A DNA stretch of 60,204 bases, counting the filler. It is 9 parts of 9 records of this genome, joined end to end, with 100 filler letters (N's around TTAATTAATTAA, not from the genome) between each part and the next. Parts side by side here need not be neighbours in the genome. Positions count along the whole stretch, not along the records: positions 47,859 to 53,158 come from SRR31147125_49768; positions 53,259 to 60,204 come from SRR31147125_49835; 7 more parts are not named here. One strand, 5' to 3'. The translations under genes and the position numbers were made by a program. Below the pieces are notes generated by a model. That model was given only the letters and a program-made list of their open reading frames with translations, had not been told where the DNA came from and ran no database searches. This document shows positions 52,274 through 60,204 of this stretch, in pieces (the first letter of the stretch is position 1; each line of letters opens with the position of its first letter).

Positions 52274-53158
52274 TCAATTTAGCCCAAGGGCACTTGCGGC
52301 CAGCACAGCATATCCTTTTCGCGCCCGCTCAAGCTGGTCAATTTCCACATACTCGTTGGCCACATGGGCCAGGTTTTCCCTGGACGGTCCGAATCCCAGG
52401 CTGGGGATCCCCCTTTCACCGGCGCTCTGGCTGGCATCGGTGCAAAACCCGTAATAGTCGGTTTCAGCGGACAGTCCATTTGCCGCTAAGGCCCCCAGGG
52501 CCGTTTGTACAAAGGGCAGATCCTTTTCAAACCGCCAGGCCGGAAAAAACCGCCGGGTCTCAATAAAGGCCCCGGTGTAGCATTGTGTCCGGGCCTGGGC
52601 CAGAAAGACCTCTGCTGAAAAAGAGGCATCCTGGGCCCTTAACTCCGAGATGATATCCCGGATGGGCTCAAGCACATTGCCCCGGGTCTCGCCGGGCAGG
52701 GTCCGCCGGTCCAAGGTGGCCCGGCAAAAGTTGGGAATGACAGAAGAGCCCGGGTAGGGTTCAGACCGGATATCGGTGACCTCTATAATGGCCCGGCCTA
52801 AAAAGGGATCTTCGGGTAAATCCATGGACTCAACCATGGAAAGCAGGCGGGTCATCTTCTTCACCGCGTTGATCCCTGCCCCAGGATTGGATGAATGCGC
52901 GCTCTTTCCATAGGTTTCCACCACCACTTCGGCCCGGCCCCGCTGGCCGATTTTCAGGCGCAGTTCACTGGCCTCGCCAATGATCACAAGATCAGGGGAA
53001 ATCTCGTCCAGAATCCGGCCCTGGGCCACCCCTTCAAATTCCTCTTCGCACACCACCCCGGCCACATAGATATCCCCGGCAAGCTCTGATTTTTGAGTTA
53101 TCAGGTCCCCAGCCCCATACACCATGGCCATGAGCGCGCATTTCATGTCCGAGGCCCC
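52274..53158 (-). CDS. YgeY-like M20 family metallo-amidohydrolase, 5'-truncated
   Basis: GASDMK, VCEEEFEG, IGEAS.L.LKIGQRGRAE, GKSAHSSNP, YPGSSVIP, DRRTLPGE, FCTDAS, GFGPS.E.LAH..NEY. Confidence 0.85.
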   Translation of the reverse strand, partial: GASDMKCALMAMVYGAGDLITQKSELAGDIYVAGVVCEEEFEGVAQGRILDEISPDLVIIGEASELRLKIGQRGRAEVVVETYGKSAHSSNPGAGINAVKKMTRLLSMVESMDLPEDPFLGRAIIEVTDIRSEPYPGSSVIPNFCRATLDRRTLPGETRGNVLEPIRDIISELRAQDASFSAEVFLAQARTQCYTGAFIETRRFFPAWRFEKDLPFVQTALGALAANGLSAETDYYGFCTDASQSAGERGIPSLGFGPSRENLAHVANEYVEIDQLERARKGYAVLAASALGLN

Positions 53159-53258
53159 NNNNNNNNNNNNNNNNNNNNNNNNNNNNNNNNNNNNNNNNNN
53201 NNTTAATTAATTAANNNNNNNNNNNNNNNNNNNNNNNNNNNNNNNNNNNNNNNNNNNN

Positions 53259-56200
53259 GTAGTCACCTACATCAGAGCATGTTATGGTGTTGTCATTTAT
53301 ACTCACATCACCTGCTACAGAACGAATTATATTGCCATAAAAATCAGTTATTTCTGAGTTATTTATATTTGCTATTCCTTCTGAATAAACAGTAGCCCAA
53401 GTATTAATCTCCGAATCAAGATAGTACGCACCCGCATATCTTATTTTCGTATGATCGGCATTCAGTACACCTTCTGTAGAAATATTAAACCCGCACCAAT
53501 ATGAAGTATCACCCGTTCCGTTGTAGTCTGTATCTGATATTGAAGTAAAAACAATGGGTTGTTCGTCTGTTCCGATAGCATTTAATGTTCCTTTTATATG
53601 TATCTGCGATTCTATAGAGCTTGTATCAGTATCTGATTCAATTTCTGGATCAGATTCAAATTTTGAAAACAATAGTACCGCACCGGGTTCAATAGTAAGG
53701 GTAACGTCTTGCGCAATATCTAGCTCCGAAACCAAGTATTGATTTTGCGGTAGCGTTAAATCATACTGAACCAATTCACCTGTCAATTCAACACTATCGT
53801 AACCACTCAAACCGTTTATCGTTGTGGGGTTGAAATTCGGAAGGAAGATAGTTATATTCGTCCCTTCCGTTCCATCGTTGATCAATTCGTTGTTTTCAAA
53901 CGTGAGCACGCCGCCTAAGTAGCTTTTAATCCATATGCCGCTGCACGTTGTTTGGCCAGCGTTATAGTGAATTGTATTGTTGATTAAGCTTACATCTGTT
54001 GTTTCGGTACTATTATAAATTGCCCATGCATAGATGTTAGAAAACTCAGAATTCGATATGCTGAGTTTCCCCATGTTGGTGATTGCGTTTCCTTCTGATG
54101 AATCATCTATACCCGCATACTTCATAATCATGTAGTCTGCGTTCAGTTCACCCGTCGATGCAACTTCGAAGCCTGTCCAGTACATGGTATCTCCGGAGCC
54201 TCCGTACTCTGTATCAGTCTTTGACGTAAATACAACTGGCGCTTCCGTCGTACCGTTTGCGTCTAACACACCTTCGATGATTAATTGCGCATCAGAATTG
54301 TAAGCTTTTACGATAACGCCCGGTTCAATCGTAAGTGTTGCGTTTTCGGCAATGGTAACGCTCGAATCAATAATATACGGAGAATCCTTAAGCGCCCATA
54401 TTGTATTCTGATCGATCATACCGCTCACATGTGTGTTTTCGTTAGAGCTTCCCATCGTCGCGGTGCTCCATGCGCCGTCATTATCGTCATTCATCGCTCG
54501 AACTTGCACCGTATAGCTTTCGCCATGCGTAAGCCCTTGATATGTGTACGATGTCTCCGTAATACCTGTAATCGTATCTCCGTTGATCTTGAGTTCATAA
54601 GTAAGGGCATCACTTACATCATCCCAAGAAATATCGATTTCAGTTGTATGCGGTGTTATGGTTATATTCGTAGGCACTGCCAACAGCGTATAGCATGTTG
54701 CAGTCGCTTGTGTTGACGAGTTGCCGACTGCGTCTTTTGCAACTACAGCAAGCGTATGCTCGGTGTTTGGTGTTAAGCCGCTTGCATCATATGTTGTTGA
54801 TGTGGTAATACCGATAAGTGTTTGCCCATCATATATCTCGTATTCGGTAACCCCTATGTTGTCGGTGGACTCCGTCCACGTCAGTGTGGCTGTCGTATCC
54901 GTAATAGATGTGCATGCTAAATCTGTCGGCGCTGACGGTGGCGTCGTATCCTCAGTTAATATTTCTAGATTATCACAGCCATAAAACGTATTTTCCTCAG
55001 TGGTTGTGCTGTCAGACATTACAACACTTTCGAGATTGCTGCACTGCGAGAAAGCATAATCCCCAATACTCGTTACACTGCTTGGAATGTAGATACTGTT
55101 CAGACTGCTGCAGTTCATAAAAGCATAGTCACCAATACTTGTTACGCTATCCGGTATCGTAACGCTTGTCAGGCTGCTGCAATTTTTGAATGTATCATTT
55201 GATATGCTTGTAACGCCATTCGGTATCGTGATCCTCGTGAGGTTGCTGCAATCGCCAAAAGCGTATACGCCAAGATTCGTCACGCTGTCGGGTAACGTTA
55301 TGCTCGTAACGCTCGTGCAAGCAGCAAACGCGCCTTCTCCAATGTCTGTTACATCGCCGAGTATCGTGAAATCTGTAACGCCGCTGCACTGCAAGAAGCT
55401 GTAGTTCCCAATCGTCGTTACACCGCTTGGGAGCGTAACGCTCGAAAGACTAAGGCATCCCTGAAACGCGTAGTCTCCTATACCTGTTACGCTGTCGGGT
55501 ATTGATATGCTTGCAAGACTGCTGCAATTTTTAAATGTGGTATTTTCAATACTCGTTACGCCGTCGGGTATCGCTATGCTTGTGAGGCTTGTGCAATCAC
55601 CAAAAGCGTATACGCCGATACTCGTCACGCTATCCGGCAACGTAATACCGGTGAGGTTACTGCATATACTAAAAGCGCCCTCGCCGATTTCTGTTACATC
55701 GCCCTGTATTGTGACATCTGTTAGATTACTGCACTGTAAGAAGCTGTAGTTTCCAATCGTCAATACACCACTTGGCAGCGTTATGCTTGAAAGGCTACTG
55801 CACCCATAAAAAGCATAGCCCCAATACTTGTTACGCTATCGGGTAATGTAATGCTCGCAAGACTGCTGCAGCTTTGAAATGTGCTGCTTTCAATACTCGT
55901 TACACCATCCGGAATCGTTATGCTCTCAAGGCTAATGCAATTACCGAAAGCGTATAGTCCAATACTTGTTACGCTATCAGGCAGTGTAATGCTCGTAAGA
56001 CTGCTGCACACACCAAATGCACCCTCGCCAATATCCGTTACATCTCCTTGGATATCGACGCCAGTTATACCCGAGCAATTAAGAAAGCTATAATCTCCGA
56101 TACTCGTTACACCGCTTGGCAGCGTGATGCTCTCAAGACTATAGCAAAGATAGAATGCATAGTTACCGATACTTGTCACACTGTCGGGTATTGTTATGCT

Positions 56201-59200
56201 CGCAAGGCTTATGCAAAAATTGAAAGCATCTTTTTCGATACTCGTTACGCCATCCGGGATCGTTATGCTCTCAAGACTGATGCAGCGTGCAAAAGCAGCC
56301 TCGCCAATATGCGTAACGCTATCCGGTATCGTTATGCTTACAAGCCCATCGCAATTGTAAAAAGCCAAATCTCCTATACTCGTCACACTGCTTGGTATCG
56401 TCACGCTTGTGAGACTGCTGCAAATAGAGAATGCGCCCGTCGCTATCTCCGTCAAGTCTCCGAGCATCGTTACTTCTATAATTCCGCTACACTCACGGAA
56501 GCAAAAGTCGCCAATGCTAGTTACGCTTTCAGGGATCGTGATGCTTGTTATGCCGTCACAGTTATAGAACGCCCATGTGCCGATACTTGTTACACTATCG
56601 GGAATGGTTATACTCGTAAGACCGCTGCAATTATTAAATGCATCATTCCCGATGCTCGTCACACTATCCGGGATCGTTATACTCGTAAGCGCTGTGCACC
56701 GCATGAACGATGAATCGTCAATATACGTTACACTATTGGGTATCGTTATGCTCGCAAGGCTGCTACAATCTTGGAAGACGTTACCTTCGATACCCGTAAC
56801 GCTATTCGATAGTGTTATGCTCGCAAGACTACTGCAATAAGAGAATGCAGCTCCACCAATATATGTAACGCTATCGGGTATCGCGATACTCGCAAGGTTG
56901 CTACACTCGCGAAAACTACATGCCCCAATGCTTGTAACGCTGCTTGGTATTGTAATACTTGTTAGGCTGTCACACCCATAAAAGACCCATTCTCCAATAC
57001 TTGTGACGTTATCCGGTATCGTGATGCTCGTAAGGCTACTACAATCAGCAAATGTATATTCTTGAATAGTTGTAACGCCGGATGGGATCGTTATACTCTC
57101 CAGCCCGCTGCACCCCGAGAAAGCCATTCGCCCAAGGCTCGTAACACTATCGGGTAGCGTTATAGTTGTAAGACCTGTACAGCCCGCAAAAACGCCCTCT
57201 CCAATATCCGTAACATCACCGAGTATTGCGACTTCTGTGATACCGCTGCACTGCAGAAAACAATATTCGCCAAGACTTGTTACATTGTCCGATATGGTAA
57301 CGCTTGTAAGGCTTGTGGAATTATAAAATGCCCATTGCTCAATACTTGTTACCGGCTTACCTTCGATCTCGGATGGAATAACTACGTCCGTATCGCTTCC
57401 CGTATAACCCGTAATCATAATGGTATCATCCGAATTAACAACGTAATAGAACGGTACATCAATGGTTACATCAACCGCACTGCTCGCATCCGACTCATTT
57501 TCTGCCGCATCTTCTGCCGTTATTGTATAAGCGTATGTTACTCCCGTATCTATGCTTGAATCTGTATATGTGGTTTCAGTAGCGGTTCCGATCTCAGTGC
57601 CGTCTCGATAGATATTATATTCAGTTACGCCCACGTTATCTGTTGATGCCGTCCACGTCAGCGTCACTGAAGATTCAGTTGCTGATGCTTCAGACAAATC
57701 AGTCGGCGCAGAAGGAGCGGTTAAGTCAACTGTTGTGACGGTCGTTTCATCACTTGCTTCTGAAACGTTTCCGTCGGTATCTACGGCTTTTACAGTATAG
57801 ATATAAGTTGTGCTTGCTGAAAGACCACTGTCAACGTATTCTGTTTCCGAGCAGCTACCAATTAAAGTTCCATCCCGATAGACTTCGTAACTCGATACTC
57901 CCGTATCATCAGTTGACGCCGTCCATGATAGTGTAATTGACGTTTCGGTTATTGATGTACTAACTACATCGGTCGGTACAGTAGGGTTTGTTGCACTGGT
58001 TGTAGCTACTGCATCTGTTGGTTCTACTGTATTTGTCGGTTCTGCACTTGGTTCTGGGGTTCTTGTTGTTTCAACTGCATTTGATGTAGTTATGCTTATC
58101 GAATTGCTTTCTGACGAAGTGTTCCCTGCCGCATCCACTACCGTTACAGAATAATTGTACGTCGTCCCCGCCTCAACGGTTGTATCAGTATAGGAAGTTT
58201 CAGTTGTAGCTCCAATCTGCGTACCGTCACGATAGATGTTGTATTCAGTTACTGCCACGTTATCCGTAGATTCAGTCCATGTTAGTATTGCCGATGTCTG
58301 TGCTCCTGCTGCTTCCGATACATCAGTAAGCGCGGAAGGCGGCGTTATATCAACTGTCGTAATGGAGGTTTCACTACTAGCTTCCGAAACGTTCCCATCC
58401 GTATCTACCGCTTTTATCGTATAGATATAGTTTGTACTCGCTAAAAGACCGCTATCTGAAAATACCGTCTCTGTACAACTACCGATAGCTGTGCCGTTTC
58501 TATAGATTTCATAATTAGATACTGCAACATCATCAGTTGATGCCGTCCATGATAGCGCAACTGATGTTTCTGTTATTAACGATCCTATCACATCTGTTGG
58601 TGCGGTCGGTGCTGATGTTCCGGCAGCATTCGATGTAGTCAAGCTTATCGGGTTGCTTTCTGTCGAAGTGTTCCCTGACGCATCTTTAGCTACAATGCAA
58701 TATGTATACATTGTACTTGCCGTGAGTCCGCTATCAGTATATGTTGTATCGGATGTATCACCAATAATTGTTCCGTCTCGATAAATATCATACCCTGTAA
58801 CCTCAACGTCATCAGTTGACGCTATCCACGAGAGTATGATCGAAGCTTCATCTATTGACGTACTTGCCACCTCAGCAGGTGTTGTTGGTGCCGCTAAACC
58901 GGCTAGATTGGTTGTAGTCAAGTTAATTGGGCTACTCTCATCTGAAACATAGCCGTCAACATCTACTGCTCGAATTGCATAAGTATAACTCGTACTTGAG
59001 ATTAGATTACTATCAGTAAATGCTGTGTCAGATGAAGTTCCTATCTCTTTTCCATTACGGAATACTATATAGTTCGAAACACCGATATCATCAGTTGATG
59101 CCGTCCAAGATATGCTTGCTGAGCTTTCATTTGTTGACGTTTCGATCAAATCTGTTGGCGCTGAAGGTGCTGATACTCCGGTTGGGTTCGATGTGGTTAT

Positions 59201-59860
59201 ACTAATTGGGATACTTTCGTCAGATATATAACCATCAGCGTCGACCGCTCTGACAGAATAGATATACGTTGAACTCGCTTGAAGATCGATGTTTTCAAAT
59301 GTTGTATCAGTTGATGTTCCAACTACAACTCCGTCTCTATATATTTCGTAGCTTGATATGCCCGTATCATCTGTTGATGCTGTCCACGATAGACTTACAG
59401 ATGTTTCGGTTATCGATGCCGCTATCACATCCGTTGGCGTTGTAGGTATTGTTGCCCCAACCGGATTCGTTGTGGTTAAACTTAATTTGTTGCTTTCTTG
59501 CGAAGAGTTCCCCGCGGCATCCTTTGCTATCACGCTATACGTATACGTTGTACTTGCTGCAAGGCTGCTATCGACATATGTTGTTTCAGATGTATTCCCT
59601 ATATTTATTCCATCTCGGTAGATATCATAACTTGCAACACCTACATCGTCTGTTGATGCCTTCCACGTAAAGCTTATTGATGACGCGGCGCTCATCGTAC
59701 TTGTTAGATTAGTAGGACTTGTTGGAGGTGTTGTATCTTGCCCGTTATCGGCTTTTGCGGTGGTTATGCCTAGATTAAATGCGTTTCCAAGATTGCTAAA
59801 TGGTGATACCATTAAAATTAATGCTAACGTTATTGCTACAAGTTTATTTATTTTTCTCAT
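53259..59860 (-). CDS. Giant secreted/surface protein: signal peptide, 8 FN3, about 35 BspA-type LRRs, 2 FN3, beta-helix repeats; 1-nt frameshift near 55820; 3'-truncated
   Basis: MRKINKLVA.. signal. W.ASTDD.GV..Y.IYRDG FN3 units, 23-aa VTSIG..AF..C.SL.SITIPDS repeats, LTIEPG..G.L.A.GT...P.VFTS repeats. ORFs 55781-59860 and 53211-55763 join within one LRR. Confidence 0.92.
54970..57352 (-). repeat. 69-bp tandem coding repeat array (BspA/LRR_5)
   Basis: Repeat-start Val codons at 57352, 56110, 55766, 55421 and 55076 fall on a 69-bp grid apart from one missing base. Confidence 0.92.
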
Positions 59861-60204
59861 TTTTCTACCTCTTCTGCTAATAGTTTCAGTTTCCTTGGAT
59901 GCACAATTTTAATATTCATAATAGTTTATGTCATATTGCATAATATAATATTAATTGTGCTATGTAAACACAATTTTTGTTATTTATATGTAATTATATC
60001 TAATATACGCCTTTTACAATCTTACTCAACATTACAGAATCATAGCTTTATTCATAAAAGATTTTAATGCTCGGCGCAATGTAGATTTTGAAGTAGGACA
60101 AACTCTTTCTTTTCGTATACATTGATCAAGCATATGTCATTTATTGGTATCGTGTTATAAATCTCTATGCCCATAAAAAAATCGGTTATTTTTTGTCTGT
60201 CCTC

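Noticed and set aside
54970-57352. CRISPR array or DGR target suggested by regular repeats
   Set aside because: The repeats are 69-bp in-frame coding LRRs with no spacers. No cas, reverse transcriptase or adenine-specific TR/VR pair is visible.

Overview
This window is not one locus. It is nine unrelated contigs (about 5-9 kb each) joined by eight identical 100-nt artificial spacers (N-run, TTAATTAATTAA, N-run), most likely from an anaerobic-community metagenome. C1 (1-8530, Clostridia-like, AT-rich): Fe-ADH, clostripain, TIGR01212 radical SAM, ModE-like regulator, ridA, gpmI-tpiA-pgk. C2 (8631-17408, FCB/KSB1-like): two B12-dependent radical SAM genes, a Tat Gfo/Idh/MocA oxidoreductase and secreted proteins. 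C3 (17509-22576, Bacteroidota): feoAB fusion, tRNA-Arg(ACG), tyrosine integrase. C4 (22677-30131): ribD-ribE-ribBA-ribH, nrdJ with NrdR boxes, and an unannotated Trp leader-peptide attenuator. C5 (30232-35490): hutU-hutI, ppa. C6 (35591-42119, deltaproteobacterial gene order): rpsA-sppA-ihfB-HIT-lapA, tRNA-Met. C7 (42220-47758): paralogous secreted beta-helix proteins, methyltransferases, IS481 remnant. C8 (47859-53158, GC-rich): ygeY-like hydrolase, DSD1-like PLP enzyme, sigma54-driven TRAP transporter. C9 (53259-60204): a >2200-aa FN3/BspA-LRR/beta-helix surface protein. Eleven genes carry frameshifts, mostly 1-nt indels in short homopolymers, best explained as sequencing error. The most novel-looking element is the Trp attenuator at 29953-30131. 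It has two tandem intrinsic terminators, and a second antiterminator (4:5) appears to couple them as a relay.
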